A DNA stretch of 63,601 bases, the filler included, from Hyphochytrium catenoides (lineage: Eukaryota; Protista; Hyphochytriomycota), in assembly GCA_900088475.1 (NCBI GenBank). It is 11 parts of 11 records of this genome, joined end to end, with 100 filler letters (N's around TTAATTAATTAA, not from the genome) between each part and the next. Parts side by side here need not be neighbours in the genome. Positions count along the whole stretch, not along the records: positions 37,606 to 59,283 come from FLMG01002654.1; positions 59,384 to 62,469 come from FLMG01004383.1; positions 62,570 to 63,601 come from FLMG01002739.1; 8 more parts are not named here. One strand, given 5' to 3'. Within the stretch, counting starts at the first letter, position 1, and the number at the start of each line of letters is the position of its first letter. The translations under genes were made by a program, and so were the position numbers. Shown here piece by piece: positions 50,362 to 63,458 of this stretch. The notes below the pieces were generated by a model, which made no database searches, was not told the origin of the DNA, and saw only the letters and a program-made list of their open reading frames with translations.

Positions 50362-51004
50362 ACTTCCGCTGTTCCTCTATCTAACGCTTCAGGTCACCTC
50401 GTCTGAGCAAGTCTCTATCTCTGTCTACAGAGACCTTGACTTCTGCGGTGTTAATGGGAAGAGCCACCCTTCGTCAGACGAAGCCGGTGATCCAATACCA
50501 AGACGAAGATTATTGCGACGTCTCTCTCTCTGTCTCTTTCTCTCTCAAAGGTCTGTCTGTGTCTTATCTGTATCTCTACCGTGCTTCTTATTCTGATAAA
50601 AGCTTGTATACGTTCGCTCTGTCTCCAGCTTTTTATATCTCTGTGATCCCTCTGTTTCCTGACACGGCTTTCCACAAAGTTGGTGAGCTGCAATTGCCTT
50701 TTCTTTTCTGATTATTGGTGGTGGCGGCAGGGCAACCAAAGCCGCTAACCGCTATCTGCCGCCTCACGTCCTTGTGAGAAACTACCTGTGTTTGGAAAGT
50801 GAAAGAGATGTGCGTTTTAGCATAAACCATTGAGAGGATTAGAGGCCTATGTGGGTTAGATGAAGGGTTAGAATATGGGTTTGTGTGAAGTAAAGGTGTG
50901 TTTGGTGACGGGCGGTTTCTGTCTTTGGTGGCTTGGCCTTTGTCCTTTCGCGCTCCGGGAAAATCTTGGGCCTGATGAGCACTCAAGGATGTCAGAGAGC
51001 AGCA

Positions 51005-51073
<69 letters not shown>

Positions 51074-51843
51074 TTCTCACTCTCTCTCTCTTTCTCTCAC
51101 TCAAGCTCTGTCTGTCTTGCTGTGTCGATCTCCTTATCTTTCAAGTGGTGTCTGATTGTCTCTTCCCTTCTCTTTCGCTCTCTCTACCTCTTCTCCCTTT
51201 CTCTCCCTTCTCCCCTGCTCTTCTTTACACTCTCTTTCCTCCTTTCTCTCTCTGGCTGTCTGGACGGAGGAGTGAGGATTGTCTCTGCTTGGCCTATTAT
51301 CTGTCCTCCTTACCCACCTCGCTTGATTACTAGCCTCATCTCTCTCTTCTCTCTTGCTTGTCTCCTCATCTCTTCAGCCACTAGCTTCCTGCCTCGCCCT
51401 GACCTGTCTCGCTCTTCTCTTCCTAATCCGATCGTTGTTTCTTCGATCCCTTCTAGCTTCTCGGGTACATACTTTTTCTTATACCTACTGGGCAGGGGGC
51501 ATTGTTCCTCTTGTCTACTGGTGCGCTTGCGCTAGCAGGAAGGTCTCCTTTCATCCCTCCTCGCTCATCCTCTCCTGATCTTCCCCTCTTACATGCTGCG
51601 CGGCCCGTTGGGGACGCACGTGCGTGGCTGAGGCTTACGAACTAGTTGGGCCCAAACGAAGCTTCACTGCGGAACAGGGAGCTCCTTTCATTTTGAATAA
51701 CATGCCCACAGAGTCAGGAAGAGAGACGCGCTAAAGCTTGCGCCTATACTAAGCCCACTGGACAACGGAGAAGACACTGAAGCAGAGCGCTATCCCGCAG
51801 CAGCGGCAACAACAGAAGAGAATAGGCTAGAAGTCCAGACATC

Positions 51844-53854
51844 ATGTCGAACAAGGCTGAGTCAAGGTGAGTAACGCCACGCAACCTAGTAAATCCTCTT
51901 CCTATCCATTTGCTCGCATTTCCCCTTGTGCCTGGCAGTCCGTCGGTGGCTTTTTCCCTTTTCTCGTCCTTCTGCAAAACTATGCATCATGTGGCTTGCA
52001 GAGGATTTTTCTCCCTCTCTCTTCTGCCCTACACTCTGGGGTTGACCTGTCTAACTGCCTGAACACTGCAGCAAGAAGGAGGGAGCTCCTCAGGCTATTG
52101 TCCTGGACCACATGTCCGCAGCTACGCGCCTGCTTGAGAAGCGCCGCCAGATGTTTGAGGTCCAGGAGGCACTGGCAGCTCAGAAGGAAGGCTTTACAAG
52201 GAGAGAGGTAATCTCTCTCTCAGCAAACTCTAATTCTCTACATCAATTGCATTTCACGTTAAGCTTCAAGCCTTGCGATCATCTCTCACATGCACGGCGC
52301 TTCTATCATTTGCGCGGGTCCTCCTTTCTTTACTGGGTCTCTGTTGCTAACCTCATGGACTCTATTGTTAGGATGTGTTTAGAAGGCGCGAGGAGGCATT
52401 GCGCAAGAAGGATCTGGACTTACAGGACTCGCTCATCAAGTTCAACAAGTTCTTACAGGTGGCTATCGGGGTCCTTGACATCCTCCTTCTTCTTTTCCCC
52501 TTCGTGCTCACACTTCTCACCAGCTTCGCCTTAGCTGGCGTCACTTCGCCTAGTTACCTGGCACGGTCATCTCCCTGTCTGTCTCTGGCCTCTGTCGCTG
52601 TCACGCTCTCTCGCTATTGCTCTCCAATCTCCACTGACTTTCTCCGGCCCACCCTATCTCTTCACCCAGGAAAATGAGTCTAAGCGCAACCGGGCTGTAA
52701 AGCGCGCAACCGATGAGTACAAGCAGCGGATCCAAAAGGAGGGAGAGATTATTCGCTTAAGAGAGGAACTGGAGGTTTGCACGAATCAGAGTGCGGAAGT
52801 TGAGAAGAGCGTGGAGAAGAACAAGAAGTACACGAGATATCTAGAGATGGTGCATGATGCTCTGCCAGAGGACTACCCTGAGATCATAGACCTTCTCAAT
52901 AGATTTCGGACCCTCAAGGTTAGACCTCTTTCCTCTCTGCCCTACTGTCAAGCCTGATTATCGCTCTAAGTGCTACGTTCTCTCTTCCTACTTGTTGCTG
53001 CATGCCTCCTGTCTGCCCGTCGCATGTCTGCTCACTTTGCCAACCTAGTCTTAGAAGCCACGTGGAGGGGCCCCTCGGTGCACAAACCCTTCCACCCTAT
53101 ATCCTTCTATCCATCTGCTATCGCTGTGATCACGTGGTCCCTAACTGGGTCAGTCTCTATTTCATGCTTCTCTACTCGTTTCATCTCCCTCCAACACTAG
53201 GATGCAAACGAGGACCTACTGCGTACACAGCAGAAGCATGAGCAAGAGAACGAGACAAAGCGACTCGAGTTCTCTAACTTCTCCAAGGAAAAAGGGAATG
53301 AGGTGCTCAACCATAACAATGAGATAGCAGCGCTCAAGAAGCAATTGGAGACCTTAGAGAACCGCACCGTGAAGCTCCAGCATGACATCGATATCAGTAT
53401 CAGAGGAAGTTCGGATAAATCTCTGGAGCTCGGTCAGATTATCGTGGCTGTGGAGAATCTTCTTCTCCGTTGTACGTCAGGGATGCATGGGGAAATACTG
53501 AAGCACACAGAGACGGCGAAGGACGATGAGGATGGGATGGGTCCCGGAGGAGGAGCAGCAGGGCGAGAGTTAGATAAAGTTGATAAAGAGACGATGTCGT
53601 GGAGAGGGGAGCAAGCGAAGGAAGACTTAGACGTCATCGCAGCTTATATGATGGACTTCCAGGCCATAGAAAGTAAGAAAAGTGAGATAAAGGCGCTGGC
53701 CAAGAGCAAGTTGCCCTCTTCTCCAGCCCCTACTGAGGGAGCCACTGGAGCTGGAGAGAGATTGAAAGGAAATGCTAGTGTTGGAAGGAGTAGCGGTGAG
53801 GGTGCAAGCAATTCCGGCAGTCGGGTCTTTTTGAGTAGCAGTAGAGTGCTTTAG
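51844..53854 (+). CDS. CFAP73: Cilia/flagella-associated protein FAP73/CFAP73 (CCDC42, DUF4200 family), multi-exon
   Basis: SAATRLLEKRRQMFEVQEALAAQK...FRRREEALRKKDLDLQDSLIKFNKFLQ-ENESKRNRA...ELGQI. Confidence 0.85.
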
Positions 53855-54118
53855 ACCTTTCTCTGAGTATTATTGACAAGCGCTTATATCTCTATGTGCT
53901 CTCACCTAAGCCTCGCCGCATTCAATCCTACTTCTTCGTTGCTATCGGCCACTACCTGCTGCCAAGATCAGCGGTTAGCGATATAGTCCTTATCCGTCAA
54001 TTTGTAGGCCCTAGGTGATGTGGCCCTTTAGTTCTACTATATAACTTAGTTGTTGGCAGCTTAGACTTCCACTGCTCGCCTCAATTTCTGCAAAATTCTA
54101 TGTTCTTCCTGGTGATGT

Positions 54119-56798
54119 TCAGCTCCAGCCTGCCTTGACTCTTTCTGGCTTCAGTGCGGCGAGCTTCTGTTCTCGGAAGCGCTCCCTTTCTTCTATCGCT
54201 TTCTGATATATAGAAAGGGGTCAGACAGATCCCGAACCCCTAGGTCTTTCCTACTCTCTAGCAACAGGGCACTGGAAGCGTATCCTTTCTTTGATGAATC
54301 AAGTCCCTAAGTAGCCCTTGTAACTACTCTGCCAGGCTCAATGCAAGTGTCCTCACTTCTCCGGCGTACCTGGTTTTCTTTCTCTATCAGCTCCTGGCGC
54401 TGCCTTTCAATTGCGACTCTCTCCTTTCTCTGTCTCTCCTTCTCTTCTCGCTTTAGGGCTTTGTCTTTGACCGAACGCTGGAGACTCTCCTGCTTGAGCT
54501 TGGGAGCCAAGTCCTCCCTTCCATCATCGTCTATAGCACCTCCTATGGCTGCATTCAAAGACAGCTCTCTGTCTCGTCGCTCCTGCAGGAGTAGTAGCCT
54601 TCTCCTCTCTTTTGCTCGGTTTTCTTGTTCCTTTTGATTCCTTTGCTGCTGTAGTCTCTTCTCTCTTTTGCTCTCTGCCTGCTCCAGCCTCTCCTGAAGA
54701 GTAGCAGATGGTTCCTCTAAAGCCTCCCTCTTATCAATCTGACGCTCTTCTTGCCTCTGTCCACTTCCAGAAGGAGACGAGAGAGAAGGAAGAGCAGCAG
54801 GGGCAGAAGAGACAGATCTTAAGGTACCTTTAATGGGAGGAAGAGGAGGAGAAGAGAGATGGCAAGCTCGTCTATCTTGATCGTCCAGAGCCCGAGCGCT
54901 TCTAGTGTTAGGGTAAGACGAGAGAGGGGTTGAGGATTCATCTTCCGTTGTTGGACAACGGAGAAAGGAGACCTGTAACGCGTCTGTTAAAGATGAAGGG
55001 GGCACCTCAGAAGAAGAAGGGCGACTGCGGGCGAAGCTTCTGCCCGGTCTTCCTGTCATCTTTTTTGCAATCCCGTGAGTTTCCCTCTTAGGCATATCAT
55101 TGCTTTCCTTCGTCTCTCTTTGATCTTTGTCAGAGGCTAGCCCCGTCACCCTCAAGCTGGGCAGACCAACAGCAGGGGCAGAGTGTACTTTCTCTCTTTT
55201 TATGTTTGAATTGCTCTCTCTCTGGGTACCCTTTAGTTCCTCAGTCTTCTCTTCCTTCTTCTTGGGGAGAGAAAGAAGCCCAGGAAAGATGGCACTAGAG
55301 CAAGCAGGGACAGGACATTTATACATTCTCTGAAGGAATTGCTCTACCAAGCATGGCGAGTGAATCACGTGCTAGACCACAGGAAGGAAAAGAGACGGAG
55401 AGGTGCATTCGTCAGAACCTCTACTAGAGAAGCAGTAAGCAAGGCAGAAGCTCGCTTGCACAGCGACAAAGAAACATAAAAGATCGGCACCTAAACCAAC
55501 CACGAGATCGATAGTGATATGAGAAGCAGCTTTCCGTCTGTAAAGCATCGTCTACCCTCAACTCTTTTCGCTTCTCCCTTTACCTTGCATGGCAGCCTCT
55601 TGATCTCGACTCCTACGCCAAGCTCCCCGTTACAACCAGGGCAGGCTGCACGAGGTACCCCTGCTTTTCCTGCGCCGTTGGCCCCTGATTTCTCCCCTTT
55701 CAATCGTTCTACGTCTCCTCCTTCGGTGTGGGAGGTAGTGGGGAGACAGGCGGTGAGAAACGCTTGGAGAGAGGAATGGACAGGAGCATCGAGCTGGAGC
55801 AGCGTATCATAGTCCGCCGTAGTGAGCTCCCGTCCCTGGAGCTCAAGGATTACACTGTCAGCCAGGCCTCCATCCTCTCCACATCTGCCTCTTCTTCCTC
55901 TGGCAGGCTTCCAGTCTTCACCTACGTACCTTTTGACCACCAGAGGATGTCGGGAATGGGCCCTCCTCTCATAGCAGCGCTGGCAGAGGTCCAATCCTGA
56001 ACAGATCACGCACCGATACCGGTCTCCTTTGATGGACTTGATCTTGCATTGAGAGCAGGCCGTTCCAGTGTGAAGAGAGGATGGAGCAGCCTGCTCTATG
56101 GCCGTCCGGACGTCGTGGAGGGCGAGAGGACCCCAATCTTGCCGACAGAGAGGGCACGTAACAGCCACTTTGTTCCCTGAAGATTGGCAGTGCTCCGCAT
56201 ACATTCTCATACATTTGGCATGAAAGTTATTGCCACAGCTCTTCTTACACCAGACAAGCGGCTGATCTCTCTCTTTTCCTCCTTCACTCTTACTCCCGTC
56301 TTCTGTTACGGAACTTCCGCTGTTTCTCAACTCTTCCTGGCAGATGCTGCACCGTTCTCCGTTTTCTATCGGTTGTCTCTCCACATCAGCAAGGGGTGCA
56401 CTGTCCTCTTCCAGTCTCACGGCCTTACTCTTTCTCTTTAGGAAGGTCATGACAGTCCTTTCTCGTCTCTGTTCTCTCTCCACTCTTCCCTGTAGGATCT
56501 GGGTTGTCTCGCTGTCAGTGAGAGACTTCTGCCAGACAACCGGATTGTCCGCAGGCACTCTAAGCACTTTAAGCATGACAAACAGAATATGAAGACAGAC
56601 CTCAGGGTCTAGACAGGAGCAGAGCTGCTGACTTCCAATGAGAACCTTTCTATTCTCTTCTTCGCCTTCTTCTCGCACGACGTAGGACGTTGGGCCTGGG
56701 TTCTGGACTAAATACATTGTGCGGGTTAGGACCTGTTGAATGCGAAGGGACACCTCCTCAGGAGCCTTCAGGCGGTAGGGATGTATTCGGCCACTCAT
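54119..56798 (-). CDS. ZSWIM2: ZSWIM2-like E3 ubiquitin ligase (SWIM-RING-ZZ-RING) with charged C-terminal tail, multi-exon
   Basis: GPTSYVV...CSC...CLHILFVMLKVLRV (SWIM); CSICQEE...WCKKSCGNNFHAKCM...CPLCR (RING); CSQC...RYRCVICSGLDLCQRC (ZZ); RELTTADYDTLLQLD; second RING split by an intron. Confidence 0.88.
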
Positions 56799-57464
56799 CC
56801 TCGTCAGCCTTTCAACTCTGTTGTGCTCCTTTGCCCCTTAGCCGTCGACCAAATATCGTTATAACGTTCTTTAAATTCCCTGCGCCCTCATGCTACCTTC
56901 CCTTATTCCCTCCTTCTGTCTCTTTCCAATGGACAATGTGCTCTTAGCAACCCTTTCATAGATTCATCTGTCAATATTTGAAAGCGGTAGATCCATGAAG
57001 AAAAAAGCCACCGATTAACCTGGACAGAAGAGGGAAACAGATGGAACACCACGGAGATATTATGGACGGCGCAGCTTTGGAAAGGCAGACGACATAGAGA
57101 TGCGCGTGAAGCAGGACAGACGAGAGAGACAGACAGACAGACAGACAGCGAGGAAATAGAGAGAAGCACGCCCGAGAGAGAGAGAAGGACAAGAGAGAAA
57201 GAAAGGAATGGCGGAACGTGGAAGAGCCTTTCCCAGTTTATGATTCTGATTGAACTTCCAAAGGATGGCAGCCCATCATGAAAGTGAAACCAACGCGCGA
57301 GTGCGTGTAATGATAAATCTTAGGCTTCTCAGCCAAGACATAAGGCAAATAACCGGCCGTTTGCGGTCAATCCCAGCCCCTAATAACATCTTCCTCCTTT
57401 AGAAAGCTTGGGCCGTCTGCTCTCCTTGTCCGCGTTGATAGAGCGTCTGCACTCATCAGGAGCT

Positions 57465-59283
57465 TCAGACGCTAGGCACTCCAGCAGCTTTGAGCCTCTC
57501 TTCGAAGGACTGGAACTCTTTGTTTCCCTCCTTATCTAGCTCATCTTCGACTTCTTCAATGCCATTGACCTAACGGACGTAGAGAGACAGGAGACAACAA
57601 CGGGGAGTAAACGCTTAGACACTCGTGAGGAGGAGACAACTTGCAGCCGAGTGGAGAAGTCCAAGAACCGCCGTTGTGAGGCAGTGAATCCCTTTGTTGG
57701 TCGCATCACAGCAAGACAGACAGCGTCAAGTAAAAAGAGCAGTTCCGCAAAGTTATGACAGCACTATGAAAGCCTGTACTCGAGGGAAGATATGTCGGGA
57801 TGTACCTCAGGAATGTAGTGCATAAGCATGTTTTCCACCCCATTCTTCAGGGTCACTACAGAGCTGGGACAACCCGCACAGGACCCGGCCAGCTTTAGCT
57901 TGACAATACCTGTGGCCGGATCGAAGCCTCTGCGTAGCGAGAGTCAATAATAGACGAGAGATGAATCAGGATAGCGTCAACTCATAGTCGCAGATGCCCT
58001 GAACGCAAAGAGCTTTACCTGTAGTAGATATCACCTCCATCATCATGGACCGCAGGACGAATCTTCGTATCCAAGAGCTCCTGCATCAAGCCAAAGAAGA
58101 GTCAAATGCCAAGAGACACGAGAGTCAAAGCCAACTACAGTGCACTAGAAAGGTCTACTCTCTTGACCCTAAGCGGACGGTGCCAGCGGCACTTCTTCTC
58201 ACGTAAGGGCTAGACTGATCCTGCAATACAGACGCATATTTGTTGTTTACCTTGATCATAGCAACCACCTCATCGTCTTCTTCCAGTACATCCGTGTCCT
58301 GTCGGCACAGAGCAGGAGGACAGAGCCAGAACCGAGGCAGAAAGACACGCATAAGAGACAAGTTCGAGCAGCACTTTTCTCTCAAGCCCTAGCACTGCTT
58401 AGCGAAACCGCTGAACAAGCCAGACGCAGACATACTGCACCGCCGACACTTACCGCAGGAGGCCCAGCAGATTCTGTGACGATGGGCTTGCCTTCTGCGT
58501 AATAGTCCATTATCACGGAGAAGAGAAAGGGTTTGAGATCCTGGACGAGCAAAGGACAATAGAAGAACTTAGTCGATGCAGGGCAACTCAAAGAAGGTCG
58601 CCAGAGCTGTTCACCGCTCGCAAGACGGCGACAGGTGGACTAGGATGATACAATCTTAAGTAGCGGAGGCCAACGAGGGTCCCCCATAGTTCATCGCAAA
58701 CCGCAAGTAATGGGCCAACGACATCGAGTATCAAAACATTCAGAAACAGAAGCTCTGTAGCGTTTAAAAGTAAGGTTCGGCATCCACATCGCCCAGAGCT
58801 TACCTCCCAGCCCACATCCTCTCTTTTTGTAATGGATATGAAGTCTCTTCCATAGAACACACGAACCACTCCGTCAACCGCGAAGAGCTTACGAGCAAGT
58901 GGAGATCGTCTCACTTCCTCACTCTTAGGAGTGATATCCTGCCAATGCAGGCCGCAGAACGGAGAGGAGTACATATGAGAAGACTATATAAAGAAATAAA
59001 GGATAGAATGGCAGTTGCCCATATGGTAAGTCGCAGAAAGATGTTTAAAGACTTTGAGATCTCTGCCAAGTAGACTGAATCTCTGGTAACATTGGAGAGA
59101 AGCCGAACTCATGCTACGCTCTAAAAGGCAGAGCGAACTTTGGCAAGTAAGAGAGAGAGGCGAAACATAGAAGGGTAACAGACGGCATAGTAGCGGAAGG
59201 CAAAAAACATAAGTCTGGGCTTGCTTTTTACCAGTCCGGCTCCAAATTGCTCTTCCAACACAGTCTGGCCTGGTTTGAACTTC
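57465..59283 (-). CDS. NFU1: Mitochondrial Fe-S cluster scaffold NFU1, multi-exon; 5' end lost at gap
   Basis: KFKPG; [27 protein letters not shown]; [27 protein letters not shown]; [35 protein letters not shown] (CxxC). Confidence 0.95.
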
Positions 59284-59556
59284 NNNNNNNNNNNNNNNNN
59301 NNNNNNNNNNNNNNNNNNNNNNNNNNNTTAATTAATTAANNNNNNNNNNNNNNNNNNNNNNNNNNNNNNNNNNNNNNNNNNNNAGCTGGGCCGAGCAAAA
59401 GATCTCGAGTCCAGACCAGGCTCTCAGGACTAAGTGATGATCCATAGAAATCTCCATCACACATCAATACCAAGTCCCTTTGTTGTCGTTTCATCTAGAT
59501 TGTGCTCATACAGAAGCTTCAGGCATTGCCACCCAGCTCTGTAAAGTTCATCACAG

Positions 59557-59662
59557 TTCGTTTGCTTCATATCTCGGCTTCTACTGGGAGTCTGGAGCTG
59601 AAACTTGGGTAGTTAAGCTTGCCAGCTTGTAGTCCACGTAGCTGTGCCCTCAGACTCCAACA
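59557..59662 (-). repeat. Truncated, inverted copy of the first ~106 bp of the LTR at 60837
   Basis: Reverse complement reads TGTTGGAGTCTGAGGGCACAGCTACGTGGACTACAAGCTGGCAAGC...GAAGCAAACGAA. Confidence 0.9.
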
Positions 59663-59719
59663 GAGAGTGGCTGCTGTACTACTAAGAACGAACATTGTAC
59701 AATAGCACTCAACATATCC

Positions 59720-59970
59720 CATCTCAGCATTCAACAAGGACAGCTACACCCTATATAGTGTGGGAGGGTAAAAACCCTGATTAAAGTCAACTGCGTGTCT
59801 TCTGTTGTCAAGCGTATGGTCTCATTCCTGACCAGGAACGGACCAAGATGGATGCTAAGGCTATGTAATATGTCTTCGTGGGTTAGGCAGATCATGCAAA
59901 CGTATCGTTTATATGATGGAGACAAAAAGACTCATTGAAAGGCGTGATGTCGCATTCAACGAGAACCAGA
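59720..59970 (+). pseudogene. Ty1/copia integrase C-terminal (SH3-like) relic
   Basis: TPYIVWEGKNPD*SQLRVFCCQAYGLIPDQERTKMDAKAM*YVFVG*...YRLYD...KRLIERRDVAFNE matches the copia consensus TPYExWxGxKPxxSxLRVFGCxAY..KLDxKA..FVGY..YRLYD..SRDVxFxE; stops and frameshifts. Confidence 0.85.
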
Positions 59971-60836
59971 ACGGATATGTCGAAAAACCATGACGCGACT
60001 CCAGCTGCAGTCGACGATTCAGAAACCCAGCTAATAGATGAGCCGGAGTCCCAGCAACAACTGACATATCTGATCCTATCAACCTTCTTGACAACACCGA
60101 GGGGGGGAAGATTTCCGTGTATGGAAGACGACACCGAAGACGAAGAAGACATCCTACCTCGACGAGATGCAGATCATACACTCTCGGCCACTAGTGAGAA
60201 ACTACACTGGATACACTCCCCTTGGTAGATTCAATCCAGAGTAGACTAGACAGCCAAGTATCAATAGCTTTAGACTTCAGACATCGTCAACATCTACCTC
60301 TGCTAATACTCATCACTCTCTATACACACCTAGCTCTCCAGCAGAGGCGTAGTTGTTCCGGTAAAAGTTGTTGAGTGATACAATGCTCGTTGTCAGTAAC
60401 CACTCTCTATACACACCTAGCTCTCAGAGGCATGGTCGTTACCGGTATAAACTGTGTTATGGGTAAAGAGAGATGTGAGGAGAATTCCCTGACCTCTTCT
60501 TTTGAGCAAAAGGACTGTATCAGGAGGAGGATGGAACGAGGCGCAGATGATCAGGAGAGCACCAAGAGAGTTTAATTGATTTAATTCACAGATAATCATC
60601 ATCAAGTCCCTTTGTTATCATCAACATCTACCTGTGCTAAATTCCATCAGAGCTTCGGACGTCATCAACATCTACCTGTGCTAAATTTCATCACGTTATG
60701 GTTCCGAAGCATCTTCTCTCTATTGGACAATACATCCAAGACTCCTCTGGTGAAGCAGTGTTATTTGTGTTGAGACAAGAAGCTGACAAAAGCTCTAAAA
60801 GGCTCACAGTTCCAGACTCTATCTGACGAGAGGAAG

Positions 60837-61859
60837 TGTTGGAGTCTGAGGGCGCAGCTATGTGGACTACAAGCTGGCAAGCTTAACTACCCAAGTTTCA
60901 GCTCCAAACTCCCAGTAGAAGCCGAGATATGAAGCAAACGAAATGCCCCTGTTTATACCTATGGCTTATGGTCAGTACCCCGGAATACCTTCAGGACTGA
61001 GTGTTCAAGACAGGGATTTTCCTATGACTGAATATCTTAGGGTTTATTAGGAATAGTTGGCATAGTCAGAATAGCTCTAGATTATGGGACCCCAGTTGGG
61101 CTTATAAGTCGAGCACTCTCATCTAATGACATTGTCCAATCATCCCATATAATCCAACAGGTTATCTCTTTCCGAAGAGGAAGCACGGACAGGAGTCAAC
61201 CAACATCAAGGTCCCAAGGATCCAAAGGAAGGACAATTAACCATTATGCAGGCTTCGAATCAAGAACTTGACGCTAAAAACAATACCCTCCACAGTTTCT
61301 ACCTAGCGCTGAAGCAATCAGACAATGTGCAAGTTTCTGGAAATCTCGACGCGTTTATCAGAGACGCTAAGGAAACCACATCTCGCCAACCTCGCTGTTC
61401 ATCGTACATCGAGAAATGTGTGCAATGGAAACCCAAGAACCAAGTAATCTCTTTCTAGCGGGTCCACAGCATGCGGGGAGGTGTTGAAGGTTCAGCTTCG
61501 ACCCTTCACAATAGGGAGTTCGAGCTGCGTGGAGGTGTTGGAGTCTGAGGGCACAGCTATGTGGACTCCAAGCTGGCAAGCTTAACTACCCAAGTTTCAG
61601 CTCCAAACTCCCAGTAGAAGCCGAGATATGAAGCAAACGAAATGCCCCTGTTTATATCTATGGCTTATGGTCAGTACCCCGGAATACCTTCAGGACTGAA
61701 TGTTCTAGACAGGGATTTCGCTATGACTGAATATCTTAGGGTTTATTAGGAATAGTTGGCATCGTCAGAATAGCTCTAGATTATAGGACCCCCGCTGGGC
61801 TTATTAAGTAGAGCACTCTCATCTAATGACATTGTCCAATCATCCCATATAATCCAACA
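60837..61859 (+). mobile_element. Non-autonomous miniature LTR retroelement (TRIM-like): LTRs 60837-61159 and 61536-61859, 376-bp interior, TSD GGAAG
   Basis: Both repeats start TGTTGG and end CCAACA; GGAAG flanks both sides (60832-60836, 61860-61864); GGTTAT follows the 5' LTR; purine-rich GTGGAGG precedes the 3' LTR. Confidence 0.92.
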
Positions 61860-62798
61860 GGAAGAAGGCACAAAACAAAGTGTTTCAGAGTTATGATAAC
61901 TAGGTTATTATCAATACAGCAGGCAAGCCTGAGGGCTCGCCATTTTAGATAGGGGTAATCCAGCCTTGACCGGCAGGATTATTTGTACGAGTACACCGTA
62001 CTTTACTTGCTCAAGCAGGATTGGACTATAGTACAGGTACAGTACCCCCCCCAACATTTTCGCCTCTGGCATTTTCATCACCCAACATTATCGCCTGATT
62101 TGGAGGGAAACAATTTCTGGCCCTATTCCGGATACTTGTATCCCAGTCATACGGATTCGTGATCCTTAATAAGGTCATTTGGAATGTCAACTTCTAGAGT
62201 ATTATGTATGGCCTATTCGCTTGAAAAGGCAGACTGGGCTCTTGATAGCTCTCTTGATGCCCTGTCCACCTTCTGCTAGCAAACAACAAACTCCAAAACG
62301 GAACCAATTCCATCACGACCAAGCACAGAAATAGCAGAACATTTCACAAAAAGCACGAGAAGAAGAGAGCAACATACTGGGCCTGCCACCAACTCTATGA
62401 TCAACATAGCCATGGACACCTCATCGTCAATCAGCAGCATTAACAACGAAAGGGAGGGAGGAGGCGCTANNNNNNNNNNNNNNNNNNNNNNNNNNNNNNN
62501 NNNNNNNNNNNNNTTAATTAATTAANNNNNNNNNNNNNNNNNNNNNNNNNNNNNNNNNNNNNNNNNNNNGAGGTGACGCACTTCTTTTAGCATCTTTATG
62601 CTTAACCGTTTACCTTTTACCCTGATTCCTTCTCTCAAATGCTGAGTTATTGCTCTGCTCGGGCACAAAATCCTCTGCTAAGCAGCCATGCTTCGCTTCT
62701 GTCACTACTCTTTCTGAGACTCCGTCTCGTGGTATAGGAGTGCTTTCCGTCATCATCAAGGTGGATCTCTTGGACAGAAGTCGGAGAGCCATGACGGT

Positions 62799-63458
62799 GT
62801 GAGGGCGGATTCATCAGGAGACGGACAAGACTCGGACTTAGCACACGACGCTCTCACGTCGTCTCCTGGTAAAAGCGAAGCAGTCAAGGAGGCCATGCAA
62901 GACACACGAAAGCGAGAGCTACATGATGTGGCCCTCGTTTCGATATCCGGAGGATACAGAGACAGATTAATCTCTTCCAGAGCCACAGAAGTGGAGGTAA
63001 GCTTAGGATGGAATAGAATGTCTTTATCATGTAAGGCAGCGTACGGCGTGAATGGAAGAGCAGAAATGGAAAAAGGAAATGGTCGTAACGTTCTAGAGCA
63101 AAAGAGTGTAGCGATGCATCCATGTTGGCGAATTCACGGCCTCAAGGCTCTCGTCGGTCTGCTCTCGACTATCTCCTCCTTCTGTACTGGGTTTCCCATG
63201 ACTCACCTTGCTCTGTCAATTTGCCCCTGCCCACACTCTCCGCCTCAGGGTCTCATTCCTCCAGAGGCAGGCTTTTCTGTCCTCTCATCCTCTCTTCCCG
63301 GCTTTGGCTTTTCGGTGGATCACCTCTGTCAGCTATGGTGTAAGCAGCTCATTTCCAAGGTTACCCAGGCCATCATCGACGGACTGGATACTCACAATCC
63401 TACGGTAAGTCGGAAGGTAGAGTCCGCTTGGAGAGATAAGGACTTCGATAGTCAGTAG
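62799..63458 (+). CDS. Fragment of a hypothetical spliced gene
   Basis: Open frame with exon-like segments (e.g. GLIPPEAGF...LDTHNPT followed by GTAAGT); no family recognised. Confidence 0.3.
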   Translation: MRADSSGDGQDSDLAHDALTSSPGKSEAVKEAMQDTRKRELHDVALVSISGGYRDRLISSRATEVEVSLGWNRMSLSCKAAYGVNGRAEMEKGNGRNVLEQKSVAMHPCWRIHGLKALVGLLSTISSFCTGFPMTHLALSICPCPHSPPQGLIPPEAGFSVLSSSLPGFGFSVDHLCQLWCKQLISKVTQAIIDGLDTHNPTVSRKVESAWRDKDFDSQ

